From contig DBQS01000023.1 in NCBI GenBank assembly GCA_002305355.1, positions 4,189 through 68,188 on the forward strand: 64,000 bases of DNA, read 5' to 3'. Below the pieces are notes generated by a model. The model ran no database searches, had not been told where the DNA came from, and saw only the letters and a program-made list of their open reading frames with translations. Below, in pieces: positions 49,555 through 59,412 of this stretch. The translations under genes were made by a program, and so were the position numbers. Source of the stretch: Patescibacteria group bacterium UBA1388. Lineage in GTDB: Bacteria > Patescibacteriota > Microgenomatia > UBA1400 > PJMF01. The stretch's first letter is position 1, and every line of letters starts with the position of its first letter.

Positions 49555-50022
49555 TTATGATTTTTTACTGGTTGTTTTGCGCTTACTAGTTCGTTTTGTT
49601 CTTGACTTTTTAGCAGCTTTTGATGTTGATTTATTGGCAGACTTTGAACTCTGGAGAGCTTCATCAACCAAAGCTTCCAGTTCTTTCAACTCTGACTCAT
49701 CCGGCAATTGCTCGCTTGATGTGTCAGACATAATTGCCAATTCTCTTTCCAGTTGAGCGATTCTCTTTCCTCTCAAGAAAATACCAAAAAGAACGTACAA
49801 CAAGTAAAGAACAGCAATCGCAAACGTGACTCCAGACATGTGCTCAATTACTAGTGGCGCCTCAGTTAACATTTGATCAGCGTAGACATATTGAATTAAC
49901 AAGGATGGTAATAATGCCGACACAAACAAGGCAGCGATAAAAATCAGAATTGATTCTAAAATGCGTTGCTGGTTAACTGCGCGCAGTGATTGGATTTGAA
50001 ATTGAGTAGACGTTTGGGTCAT
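49555..50022 (-). CDS. Small membrane protein with two TM helices, a coiled-coil segment and a Lys/Ser/Thr-rich basic C-terminal tail
   Basis: 155 aa. The tail is KSANKSTSKAAKKSRTKRTSKRKTTSKKS. Its stop is 3 nt from the neighbouring GT4 start and its start overlaps the GT2 stop by 4 nt. Confidence 0.5.
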   Translation of the reverse strand: MTQTSTQFQIQSLRAVNQQRILESILIFIAALFVSALLPSLLIQYVYADQMLTEAPLVIEHMSGVTFAIAVLYLLYVLFGIFLRGKRIAQLERELAIMSDTSSEQLPDESELKELEALVDEALQSSKSANKSTSKAAKKSRTKRTSKRKTTSKKS

Positions 50023-50897
50023 GTAGCTCCCTTTTTAATAATAATAAAATACCGAATTATGGAACGCACCAACTCTGGATACGAATCACGATAATATTTG
50101 TCGTAGTATTGTAGCATGGTATCATAAAAATGGCGCTCGGTTTGACGAGCAATTTGTTTTGAAGTTCCCTTAATGCCCGATTTATACTTATGATGAATGA
50201 CTTTTATATGGGGATAAAAAATAATTGAGTAACCAGCCTCTCTCAAGCGCCGACACCAATCAAGATCTTCTGCATATATAAAAAATCGTTCATCAAGAAG
50301 TCCAATTTTATCAATTGCCGATTGTCTCACTATCATCGCCGCACCAGTGCAAGCATCAATCGTATGGATAGTGTCAAGTAGTTTATATGTTTGATGGTAA
50401 TTGGCAAAGAAACGACTTTTTGGAAAGAGAGCTGCGAGGCCAGTAAAGTAACAAAAAGATGTCCAGGGAGTCGGTTCGCCACGATGACAGGCGGGGTCTA
50501 ATTGACCTGTGGTAAAAATTACTTTGGGAGAAATTGCGCCTGCGGTTGGATTTTGTTCTAAAAAGTCTAATAATTCGTCTAAATTGGAATCAGGATTGAA
50601 CTCTACATCGGAGTTGAGAAGCATTACATAACGGCCGCGGCTTTCTTTCAGACCTCGATTATTTCCTGCCGCAAAACCTAAATTTTCTTCAAGAGTAATC
50701 AACTTCACCCACTTAAAGTCTCGATTCATCATGGGCACTGTTTGATCAGAACTATGATTATCAACCACGGTTACCGCAACTTGATATTTAGATTTATCAA
50801 TGTAATTGCTTTTTAAGCTTGAAAGGGTTTTCTTAAGCCAAAACTCACTATCGTAAGTGAGCACAATTATTTCAAGATCGACATTTTTTCTTGGCAT
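50019..50897 (-). CDS. Family-2 glycosyltransferase (GT-A)
   Basis: 292 aa. IIVLTYDSEFWLKKTLSSL...VVDNHSSDQT...LLNSDVEF (DxD). Confidence 0.8.
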   Translation of the reverse strand: MPRKNVDLEIIVLTYDSEFWLKKTLSSLKSNYIDKSKYQVAVTVVDNHSSDQTVPMMNRDFKWVKLITLEENLGFAAGNNRGLKESRGRYVMLLNSDVEFNPDSNLDELLDFLEQNPTAGAISPKVIFTTGQLDPACHRGEPTPWTSFCYFTGLAALFPKSRFFANYHQTYKLLDTIHTIDACTGAAMIVRQSAIDKIGLLDERFFIYAEDLDWCRRLREAGYSIIFYPHIKVIHHKYKSGIKGTSKQIARQTERHFYDTMLQYYDKYYRDSYPELVRSIIRYFIIIKKGAT

Positions 50898-50903
50898 AAA
50901 AAA

Positions 50904-52097
50904 TTATTTTTTTCCAATACTGCGGTAGATACTGTCTAATTTTTTTGATATCAATTGCCAGTCAAAATTACGTTCTACAAATTGGCGACCATTTTTTGCA
51001 AGCCGAAGGCGGTCTGCGGGGGAATTAATCAGCTTAATTGCGTGGTTAACCATCTGCTCAGCTTGATCGCTAATCATGACATGTTGCTTGTGTTTAACAC
51101 CAAGGCCTTCAACAGCGGTAGCGGTGGCAACCACCGGCGTGCCCGCTGCCAGAGCTTCTAAAATTTTATAACGGGTGCCCTTGCCACTGAAAACGGGTGC
51201 AATCAAGACGTGTGATCCAGCAAAGGCATCCCTAATATCGGGAATATCACCAGTGACGGTGATTTGGTCATCTTTGGTGGCTAAATTACGAATTTCGGCT
51301 GTGGGCGAAGCTCCCACTATCCATAACTGAGCGTGATTAACCTGTGATTTGATGCGCGGCCAAATCTGGTCAACCAAAAAACGCACGGCTTCAACATTTG
51401 GCAGCCATTTAAAAGTTCCTACCGAAAGCAATGTGGGTTGCTTTGGTTCATGGCGAGTTTTTTCTTTAAACCAGGCAGTATCAACACCATTCTCAACCAC
51501 TGCGATTTTGGAAGAATCGGGTATGCTACGCAGAATGTAGTTTTTATCTTCCTTGCTCATCACTACCAGCTTAGTGCAGGTTTGCCAGTAATGAGTTTCC
51601 CAGTATTTGATTTTTTTAATATCGAAGTTAAGGATTGGTTTTAACATCCAACAGGCATGAGCGGCATAACTTTCATAACCCAAGTACTCAATTGTTTGTT
51701 CAACCAACAGCACTGGTACTGTTGTTGCAGGTAGATGTGGCATCATGTAAAACGTTTCGGCATGAATGAGATCATAGTGATTTCTTTTCAGCTCGGTGGC
51801 AACTGCACTTTTTACTTCACCGACATAATTTCTAATTACCAAGAAGGGGTAAGACGAAATCGCAGTTTTTAAAATGTTGCGCCACGTAAAGGGTTTTTTC
51901 GACCTTTTAAAAACTTGTACATCTTGACAAAACTGATTTAGGATGGGGATGTATTTTTTTTCATCATCATCTTTAATTAGGGCAAACAACGTCACCTGGT
52001 GTTTAGAGGACAACTGTTTTAAGAAATTGTATGTTCTAATTTGTCCACCAGAATGGAGTGGATACGGTAAATAAGGGGTGAGCATCAAAATTTTCAT
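50904..52097 (-). CDS. GT-B glycosyltransferase, family GT4
   Basis: 397 aa. GKGTRYKILEALAAGTPVVATATAVEGL. Confidence 0.8.
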   Translation of the reverse strand: MKILMLTPYLPYPLHSGGQIRTYNFLKQLSSKHQVTLFALIKDDDEKKYIPILNQFCQDVQVFKRSKKPFTWRNILKTAISSYPFLVIRNYVGEVKSAVATELKRNHYDLIHAETFYMMPHLPATTVPVLLVEQTIEYLGYESYAAHACWMLKPILNFDIKKIKYWETHYWQTCTKLVVMSKEDKNYILRSIPDSSKIAVVENGVDTAWFKEKTRHEPKQPTLLSVGTFKWLPNVEAVRFLVDQIWPRIKSQVNHAQLWIVGASPTAEIRNLATKDDQITVTGDIPDIRDAFAGSHVLIAPVFSGKGTRYKILEALAAGTPVVATATAVEGLGVKHKQHVMISDQAEQMVNHAIKLINSPADRLRLAKNGRQFVERNFDWQLISKKLDSIYRSIGKK

Positions 52098-53542
52098 GAC
52101 TCATCCTTTTTTTTGGTCAGATCTAGAATCAGGTAATTTGGGGACTTTTCTACGGTAAAATACTTTGCTTCTAATTCTTTTGCTTCATCATCCATGGCGG
52201 TGGTGACGTAATATTCTGCTCCGTCCTGAATTTTTTCATCAATACTAAAGCCAATTGGCCAGCCGGTGCGGTTGGTTTGGTATAAAAACAGGGTGTCTCC
52301 ATTAGCTTGAGCAATGATTTTCGCATCAGGAGGTAACAACCGGTCTACTGCTGCGCCTGCTTCCAGATATTCATCGTGGTTGATTTGGTAAAAACCTTTG
52401 ACTTGGTAGCCAGAAATGAGTAATCCGGTGATGACAATGCCTGCTAAAACAACCACCGGTAATTGGTTTGGTAAATATTTCTGTAAATATTGTTCAGCGA
52501 TGACAATGCCACGCGCGATAGTAACCGCTACGATGGGAATCATTATTACTTGATAGTAGTCATGACGGACACTGCCGGCAGCAAAGACGCTAAAATAAGC
52601 TAACACACCTAACCACCAAGTGCCATATATCACAATCTCTTTTTTTTGAAGTTTTAAAATACTGAAAGGAAAAAAAATGAATAATACCACGCCACAAATG
52701 AGTTTAATCAGTCTTTCGTAACCAAGTACTCTAAACCATGCTGGGCGAAAACGCATCGGATGTCCATCAAAGTCGTTAAGCAACTGCTTGGTAGCTGGAA
52801 TACCACTTGGAAATTGTTGGATCCAACTTCGCCACCATAATAGTGGGAGACCACTGATCATAATCAAGGGTAATACTGGCCAGCCCTTTTTAAAATTGAA
52901 TCCGTACTCTGCCCAGGTAATGGCAAGCAGGATTGGAGTAAAAAATACCACAAATGGTTTTAAAAGCAGTGCCAGCGCAAAACTAAATAGTGAGCTCACA
53001 TACCATCCCCAGTGGCGTTGCTTGGTCCAGTTTAAATACGAAAGCACGCTAAAAACTAAAAAAAACAACATTACTGGTTCGGGTAAAATTACTCTGGAAT
53101 AATAAACACTAAATGGGAGAACAGCCATCATCAAAGCAGAGAAATAAGCCACTTTTGAGCCTGAATATTTTTTGACCACATAAAATAAAGCGCCAATCGT
53201 GCCTAAGGAAAATATCACCGATACGATTCGAGATGTGACATCTATGCTGAGTCCGGGAATAGTAAGTACCAACCAGGCGATGAGAGCATTGATGAACGGA
53301 AATTCCACCATCCGGTATCCTTCAAGATTAAGTTGACCAGATTGGATGTTGGATAGATCATGATAACGGGGAACAAGCAAATTAATGCCATGTTTGACAT
53401 ACTCACGAGTGACACTCGCAGTATCTGCTTGACGAAAACTATGCCAATCTAACACTGGGTTATTGATTTTGTAGAGCCTTAATGCAAACGCAAGTAACAA
53501 AATTGAAATTAACAACCAGTTGCGGGGTGATTTGAACTTCAT
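52094..53542 (-). CDS. GT-C fold membrane glycosyltransferase (GT39/GT83-like; PMT/ArnT family)
   Basis: 482 aa. The N-terminus LISILLLAFALRLYKINNPVLDWHSFRQADTASVTREY carries the DE/D-containing first periplasmic loop typical of PMT_2/ArnT enzymes. 11 or more TM helices. Confidence 0.7.
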   Translation of the reverse strand: MKFKSPRNWLLISILLLAFALRLYKINNPVLDWHSFRQADTASVTREYVKHGINLLVPRYHDLSNIQSGQLNLEGYRMVEFPFINALIAWLVLTIPGLSIDVTSRIVSVIFSLGTIGALFYVVKKYSGSKVAYFSALMMAVLPFSVYYSRVILPEPVMLFFLVFSVLSYLNWTKQRHWGWYVSSLFSFALALLLKPFVVFFTPILLAITWAEYGFNFKKGWPVLPLIMISGLPLLWWRSWIQQFPSGIPATKQLLNDFDGHPMRFRPAWFRVLGYERLIKLICGVVLFIFFPFSILKLQKKEIVIYGTWWLGVLAYFSVFAAGSVRHDYYQVIMIPIVAVTIARGIVIAEQYLQKYLPNQLPVVVLAGIVITGLLISGYQVKGFYQINHDEYLEAGAAVDRLLPPDAKIIAQANGDTLFLYQTNRTGWPIGFSIDEKIQDGAEYYVTTAMDDEAKELEAKYFTVEKSPNYLILDLTKKKDES

Positions 53543-55335
53543 GGTGTCTTCTTTTTATTGGCTCGCCGCTTCCTGTCTTTATTGCTTCGAATAACAGCAC
53601 GCTGTCTTTTAGTTTGATTTTGAGTAAATTGAGGAAAGGCGGAATTAGAGCGAGCATTGGGCAAAGTCCTGGTCTGAGATGTTGATGTATGGAGCAAGTT
53701 TGTTTCAATAGCGAGTATGATGCCCGCTAATGCCCAGAGCGTAAATGCCACTTTTGAAGCGGCAAAAACATCAATAAAGATGGCATTTAATAACAGTCCA
53801 ATCGAGCCAGCTAAATAAGCGATCGCAAAAATAATTAACACATGATTATTGGGTTTTGCCCGATAAATTCTCCAAGCGCTGGCGAGTGATAATCCTAAAA
53901 CACCATAAAATGTAATAAAGCCTAGCAAGCCAGTTTCACCGAGGGTACGCAAAAAGTTATTATCTGTACTTTCTGCTTCCGTAAACTGCTGAATCGATTC
54001 TTTGGTGAGGGTGGCATATCCTGTACCTAGTAATGGGTTGGCGTAAAAACCCTGTAAGGCTCTTGGCCAAAGTGTATCCAGCCTAATTGCAAACGACAAG
54101 CCAAACATCATGGCGTTATCAGAGTAAGTGCGCTCTGTTTCGATTTGTGTTTCAGTGATGGTGCCATCAGCCGATTGGGTTGCGACTGTTTCGATGACGG
54201 GTACATTCACATAGACATCACTTGGCCTGATGGGACTAGGCCGTTCATCTGAAGCAACCAGCACGGCCGCATCTTCCACAGAGATAGCATTATCTGGCAC
54301 TTTTGGTTGCATGTTTTGATAGTTTGGCAAGATTTTGACGAGATAATTTTGAGTCAGATAATTAAGGAAATCCTTGCGATGCCGATTAGTTTCGTGAAAA
54401 ACATCATGGGTGAGGCGATTGGCGTTCACGACTTGCATTAGTCGTTCTGACATGTCGTCGCCAAAGAAAGACAGCATCATAAATGTAATTACAAGTAATC
54501 CAGCTGAACGAGAGGAAATCCACCACAACCTTTTTTTGCTTGGAGTGAATTTATACAATCCTGTGAGGACTAATAAAATAACTGCTGCCAGCGCAAAACT
54601 GGCAAACGAAGTCCGGGCAGCGGTTACGGTCAGCAACCACAATCCAAGTAAAAAAATTGATCCTACTAAAAGCTTGTGTTTCTTTTTATTAACAAAGAAG
54701 AAAGTGGTTAAAACTACTGGTAAGACAATTACCAGGTAAGCACCCAAGTCATAATGACCTCCAAAAGTAGATTGCACTCGCGCGTGTTCTGTTAGATAGA
54801 GCCGAATACCTTTGCTAAACTCTCGATTCATGGTGGAGTAAACCGGCCAATAATAGTATTTCTGGCCGATACCATAAATGCTGACAGCTGTTAATGTGGC
54901 CATCATTACCACGAGCGCAATCACAGCATGCTTGGTGTTCTTAATAGCAGAGTAAAGAATAAAAAACAGTGAAAAATACTCAAGATATCTAAAATAATGG
55001 AGGGCTGTTTTTCCGATATGCAAGATTTCAAAAGGTACCGTTTTAGTAATGAATACCGCAGATAAGATTGACAAGAATCCAACCACAGCATAAGCGAGCA
55101 ACATATAAGTCAAGGGCGTTTTCCAGCATATTTTTTTTCTGATCAGTTGAGCACCCCAAATGATGAGCGCCACAAATATGAGTAGATCTTCCAATCTAAC
55201 ACGCACAATATAACCTGGAATTGCTTCAAAGAGTGGGAGTTTGGGATAAAGCGGAATGAAAGCTAACAAAAAACTAGCAATCACGACCATGCCATAATCA
55301 TCAAACCAAGTCAGAGATTTTTTAAATAGGTTCAT
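53539..55335 (-). CDS. Large polytopic Wzy_C / O-antigen-ligase-like membrane protein with a basic C-terminal tail
   Basis: 598 aa. More than 10 TM helices, a large external loop, and the tail KRQRAVIRSNKDRKRRANKKKTP. The Wzy_C-superfamily call rests on architecture. Confidence 0.5.
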   Translation of the reverse strand: MNLFKKSLTWFDDYGMVVIASFLLAFIPLYPKLPLFEAIPGYIVRVRLEDLLIFVALIIWGAQLIRKKICWKTPLTYMLLAYAVVGFLSILSAVFITKTVPFEILHIGKTALHYFRYLEYFSLFFILYSAIKNTKHAVIALVVMMATLTAVSIYGIGQKYYYWPVYSTMNREFSKGIRLYLTEHARVQSTFGGHYDLGAYLVIVLPVVLTTFFFVNKKKHKLLVGSIFLLGLWLLTVTAARTSFASFALAAVILLVLTGLYKFTPSKKRLWWISSRSAGLLVITFMMLSFFGDDMSERLMQVVNANRLTHDVFHETNRHRKDFLNYLTQNYLVKILPNYQNMQPKVPDNAISVEDAAVLVASDERPSPIRPSDVYVNVPVIETVATQSADGTITETQIETERTYSDNAMMFGLSFAIRLDTLWPRALQGFYANPLLGTGYATLTKESIQQFTEAESTDNNFLRTLGETGLLGFITFYGVLGLSLASAWRIYRAKPNNHVLIIFAIAYLAGSIGLLLNAIFIDVFAASKVAFTLWALAGIILAIETNLLHTSTSQTRTLPNARSNSAFPQFTQNQTKRQRAVIRSNKDRKRRANKKKTP

Positions 55336-55366
55336 AATTTTTGGATCATTAAATATTTATTATTGT

Positions 55367-56386
55367 CTAGAACTTTATTTGTCCGAGTGCGTTTCGGTAG
55401 AGATTACTGCGTTTGGTTTGACCAATTGTACCAAAAATGATGATCCGCAATATTAATCCTGAGTAAATCAGTGCCCGTACCACCACCGATTGCCAAGCTG
55501 GAAAATGTTTCGCCCACAGATACAAGTAGCCATTCATCTCACCTACGATCGCATTCAGGGTGGTAGAGCTGGCGGACTTAAGATGAGTGACAAAAGCTGT
55601 GGGATGAATGGCCACATCCCAGTGGTGGTGGCTTGCTCGTAAACAAAACTCAACGTCTTCTCCGTACATAAAGATATTTTTGTCCAACAATCCAATTTCT
55701 TTAATGAGGTCTCTTTTAATTAACATTGCTGTTCCCGCCACCCAACCGGTCTTAAATAAATATTGATTAATAAAGTTAGTGGCGCGCCAGCCAGTGTGTT
55801 GAGTAGATGGTAATAACCTACCCAAAATGGGGAGATCATCGATCATCATTAGGTGGTTAAAAAGAGTAAAAAGACTTGGTAGAGATCCACCTTGAGGTTG
55901 AACGGTACCATCCGGATTAATTAGAGTAGCTGCTAAAATGCCTAGCCGGTCGAGTTTGCCGGAGTGTGAACTTAAGGTCGCAGTGCTCTCCCCAGGGTTA
56001 TCAATCATGGCTTGGACTAGCTTTTCCAGTGCTCCAGCTTGAACAAAGGTGTCCGAGTTAAGAAGTAAAATATACTCGCCCTTGGCTTGTTTGATAGCCT
56101 GGTTATTGGCGGTGGCAAATCCTAGATTTTTTTTATTAATAATCATTGTGAAACCTAATGAAATCTCTTTTTTTAGGGATTGCAACTTAGGGATGGAATC
56201 ATCAGTGGAAGCGTTATCAACTACAATGATTTCAGTTTGGTGAGCTAGTAAAGCTGATCTGTTGGCATCTTCAATTACGGATTTGATGGCCGCAAGGGTT
56301 ATATCAGCGGTGTTGTATGAAATCAAACAGACCGAGAGCAATGTATTTTTTGGCACGTGATGACCTTTAATTATTACTGAAACCAA
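55367..56386 (-). CDS. Family-2 glycosyltransferase (GT-A)
   Basis: 339 aa. LSVCLISYNTADITLAAIKSV...VVDNASTDDS...LLNSDTF. Confidence 0.8.
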   Translation of the reverse strand: MVSVIIKGHHVPKNTLLSVCLISYNTADITLAAIKSVIEDANRSALLAHQTEIIVVDNASTDDSIPKLQSLKKEISLGFTMIINKKNLGFATANNQAIKQAKGEYILLLNSDTFVQAGALEKLVQAMIDNPGESTATLSSHSGKLDRLGILAATLINPDGTVQPQGGSLPSLFTLFNHLMMIDDLPILGRLLPSTQHTGWRATNFINQYLFKTGWVAGTAMLIKRDLIKEIGLLDKNIFMYGEDVEFCLRASHHHWDVAIHPTAFVTHLKSASSTTLNAIVGEMNGYLYLWAKHFPAWQSVVVRALIYSGLILRIIIFGTIGQTKRSNLYRNALGQIKF

Positions 56387-56967
56387 CGCGCGCGACCAAG
56401 TTTGTATCCCAGCGCTGCTTCATTTCGAGTTGCAAATTGCTTGGCAGGAATGCCCGCTACCATGTGCAATGGGGGAACACTTTTGGTGACAACTGCCCCC
56501 GCTGCTACAACTGCCCCTCTGCCAATGGTGACTCCTGGCAATATGATTACCCGAGGACCAATAAAAACGTAATCTGCAATTTCGACCGGCTCTTCTTTGG
56601 GTTTCATGGTGGGATCAGCAAGATCATGCTCACTTGTCCAGATCATAACCTGAGAAGCGATGTCAACGTGATTGCCAATGGTCAAACCACCTTTTGAGCC
56701 AGGAAGTTGACGGCGGCCATCCAATACGAATTGCTCACCGATAATGGAATCTTCACCAATGGCAATATGTCTTGGGTCATAAACGCGACCCAACATGTGT
56801 AAAGTTGAACCAGTTCCGATTTTCATGCCCGCAGTGCGATAAAAAAAGCGTCGTAAATGATGAGATGGTAAATATCCCACCACCCACCATAACAAGCCGG
56901 TGATAAATTCCAACCAGATAGCACTGAGGCGATGAGCGACTTTACTGAAGAGAGATGTTGCTGTCAT
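56374..56967 (-). CDS. Hexapeptide-repeat (left-handed beta-helix) sugar O-acetyltransferase
   Basis: 197 aa. Repeated [LIV]G-x-x-x-x hexapeptides (IGNHVDIASQVMIW..., IGPRVIILPGVTIGRGAVVAAGAVV). Confidence 0.8.
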   Translation of the reverse strand: MTATSLFSKVAHRLSAIWLEFITGLLWWVVGYLPSHHLRRFFYRTAGMKIGTGSTLHMLGRVYDPRHIAIGEDSIIGEQFVLDGRRQLPGSKGGLTIGNHVDIASQVMIWTSEHDLADPTMKPKEEPVEIADYVFIGPRVIILPGVTIGRGAVVAAGAVVTKSVPPLHMVAGIPAKQFATRNEAALGYKLGRARWFQ

Positions 56968-57189
56968 GGGGTTAGTATACCGATCTCAAGCTCACTGGTA
57001 CAGAGTAAAAATGTCGTCAAAAATAATTGGCAAGTAATTGATGGAGTGCCTCTCTTTGGTGATTATTTTTAACAACAGCTATAGATGATTACTACTCCGG
57101 ATGATTATGAAAAAGTGAGTTGATCGCCCACGCATCTTAAAATTGGGAGTGTGAGCGCAACACATGACCACAGGCGCTTGATTTAGCAA

Positions 57190-58209
57190 TCAAGACAGTT
57201 CTGTTGGGTAAGCTAATTTTAAATGATCGCAAGCAGCCCTGGTGACGACCCTGCCCTTAGGCGTGCGTTTAAGGAACCCAATTTGAAGCAAATATGGTTC
57301 AATCACTTCTTCAATCGTAATTGTGTCTTCGCTTAAGGTAGCGGCAAGAGTAGAAAGACCCACTGGTCCACCATGATGCTTTGTGACCACTTGAATTAAC
57401 AATCTTCGATCGGCTTCATCGAGTCCCGCTTCATCAATCGTGTACATGGAAAGCGCTTGATTAGCTGTCTGAGGAGAAATTTTAGGCAGATTTTTAACTT
57501 GCACAAAATCTCGTACCCGCTTGAGTAATTTAAGGGCGATGCGGGGGGTACCTCGTGCTCTCTTGGCGAGCACAAGGGCACTCTCATCGTCAAGGACAAT
57601 CTTGAGTTTTTGGGCCGCATGTTTGAGAATGGTTATCAAGGCAGCGGGTGAATAGTAAGTTAAGCGGTGAACTAAACCAAACCGATCACGAAAAGGTCCA
57701 GTTAAAAGACCATATCGGGTAGTGGCCGCGACCAAAGTAAATTTAGGCAAGTCTAAACGCAGTGTTCGCGCCGAAGGTCCTTTGCCAATCACGATGTCAA
57801 GCGCATAGTCTTCCATGGCTGGATAAAGTGTTTCTTCTACCGCTTTGGGCAAGCGATGCACTTCGTCAATAAAAAGGACATCACCAGGTTGTAAATTAGT
57901 AAGAATTGCTGCCAAGTCTCCCACTTTAGTCAATGCTGTACCAGAAGTAATGCGTAAATTTGTACCCAGCTCAAGTGAAATCAGATGTGACAAAGTAGTC
58001 TTCCCTAAGCCGGGTGGACCATATAACAAAACATGATCGAGCGGTTCATTGCGGGATTGCGAAGCTTGAATGGCGATCAAGAGTGACTCTTTAATTGAAT
58101 TTTGACCATAAAATTCATCCCACTTGTTAGCTCTGAGTGAAGTAATGAGCAACTCTTCGTCATTATTTTGATTGCTTTCAGCTGGGGTTTTCTGACTTGA
58201 TTTAGACAT
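57190..58209 (-). CDS. ruvB: Holliday junction branch-migration ATPase RuvB
   Basis: 339 aa. Walker A LLYGPPGLGKTTL, AAA+ fold, C-terminal winged helix. Confidence 0.9.
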   Translation of the reverse strand: MSKSSQKTPAESNQNNDEELLITSLRANKWDEFYGQNSIKESLLIAIQASQSRNEPLDHVLLYGPPGLGKTTLSHLISLELGTNLRITSGTALTKVGDLAAILTNLQPGDVLFIDEVHRLPKAVEETLYPAMEDYALDIVIGKGPSARTLRLDLPKFTLVAATTRYGLLTGPFRDRFGLVHRLTYYSPAALITILKHAAQKLKIVLDDESALVLAKRARGTPRIALKLLKRVRDFVQVKNLPKISPQTANQALSMYTIDEAGLDEADRRLLIQVVTKHHGGPVGLSTLAATLSEDTITIEEVIEPYLLQIGFLKRTPKGRVVTRAACDHLKLAYPTELS

Positions 58210-58212
58210 ATG

Positions 58213-58788
58213 TTATGACAACTGATGTTGGCCAAGGTGTTGGATGGCTTGGCGAATTGATTCTTCAGGAGTGTGATCTTCAATATCAATGGTTTTGATG
58301 TAGTCTAACACTTGGTTTTCATCAAATCCAAGATTAGTAAGCGCAGTGACGACAATTTCTTCAGCTGGCGAAGTGGGACCAAGTTGAAGTTCTTTAAGAC
58401 TGCCTAATTTACCCTTGAGGTCAATGATAATTTTTTGAGCCAATTTTTTGCCTACACGAGGAATTTGAGTAAAAAAGCTGACTTGTGCCTGTTGTACCGC
58501 CTCAATTATTTTTTCCGCTCCCTGATCGCTGATACTCAGCGCAATATTTGGACCGACGCCAGAAACGCTGAGGAGCAATAAAAATAATTCTTTCTCCTGC
58601 AAAGTAGCAAAGCCATATAAATCAAAGGCATCTTCTTTGACGTGGGTGTGAATGTACAGAGATAGTTCTGTCTCTGCGGGAGTAGTAAGTAGTTTTGTAC
58701 CAACCCGGACGAGGTACCCCACACCCCGCACATTAATTAGGAGGGCGTGTGTTTGCGGTTCAACTAGTCCTGTTAGTTTGCCGATCAT
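58213..58788 (-). CDS. ruvA: Holliday junction DNA-binding protein RuvA
   Basis: 191 aa. MIGKLTGLVEPQTHALLINVRGVGYLVRV and HhH motifs. Confidence 0.88.
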   Translation of the reverse strand: MIGKLTGLVEPQTHALLINVRGVGYLVRVGTKLLTTPAETELSLYIHTHVKEDAFDLYGFATLQEKELFLLLLSVSGVGPNIALSISDQGAEKIIEAVQQAQVSFFTQIPRVGKKLAQKIIIDLKGKLGSLKELQLGPTSPAEEIVVTALTNLGFDENQVLDYIKTIDIEDHTPEESIRQAIQHLGQHQLS

Positions 58789-58905
58789 AGGTTATTTCTT
58801 TCTATCATCTTTGTTGTTGAACAACGAGCTATGCTCTGACAAATCCCCAACAGAGTCGTTGGTGGTGCGACTGATGCGCAATCAGAATTATTAATTGGCT
58901 GTAGC

Positions 58906-59373
58906 TCATGTCGAAATGCCATGAGTGACAGCTACCGCCAATGCGTCTAGTGTATCATCGATTAAAGTGTTTTGTTTAAGATTAAGTTCTGAGCGGACCA
59001 TTTTCTCAACCGCTTTTTTATCGGCCCGACCATAACCAGTGACAGCAATTTTTACAGCCTGAGGTGTATATTCTACGACCTGACAACCTGCCTTCAATAG
59101 ATGACTAATAATGACGCCTCTGGCTTCTGAAACCCGTAGGGCAGTTTTCTGGTTTTTGGCAAAAAATAATGACTCAATCGCAGCCACAATAGGTTGATGA
59201 GCAATTAAAATATCTGTTAACTCCGTCATAATTTGTTGATAGCGAGTAAAGATATCTGAACGATGATTGGTTTGAATGCAACCATAAGCTAAAACATGGC
59301 ACTGGCGAGCGTGGCAATCTATCACTCCCCACCCGATTCGATCAAAACCTGGATCAATGCCGATGATGGTCAT
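58906..59373 (-). CDS. ruvC: Holliday junction resolvase RuvC
   Basis: 155 aa. MTIIGIDPGFDRIGWGVID (RNase H-fold catalytic D). Confidence 0.85.
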   Translation of the reverse strand: MTIIGIDPGFDRIGWGVIDCHARQCHVLAYGCIQTNHRSDIFTRYQQIMTELTDILIAHQPIVAAIESLFFAKNQKTALRVSEARGVIISHLLKAGCQVVEYTPQAVKIAVTGYGRADKKAVEKMVRSELNLKQNTLIDDTLDALAVAVTHGIST

Positions 59374-59412
59374 ACTTTAAACGTTGTATCATGTTTGATA
59401 CCGAAATTGAAG

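Noticed and set aside
58789-58905. SOS (LexA) box between ruvC and ruvA
   Set aside because: The hairpin GCTCTG...CAGAGTC contains CTGA-N10-ACAG. This matches neither the CTGT-N8-ACAG nor the CGAAC-N4-GTTCG consensus, so it is probably just a structural hairpin.
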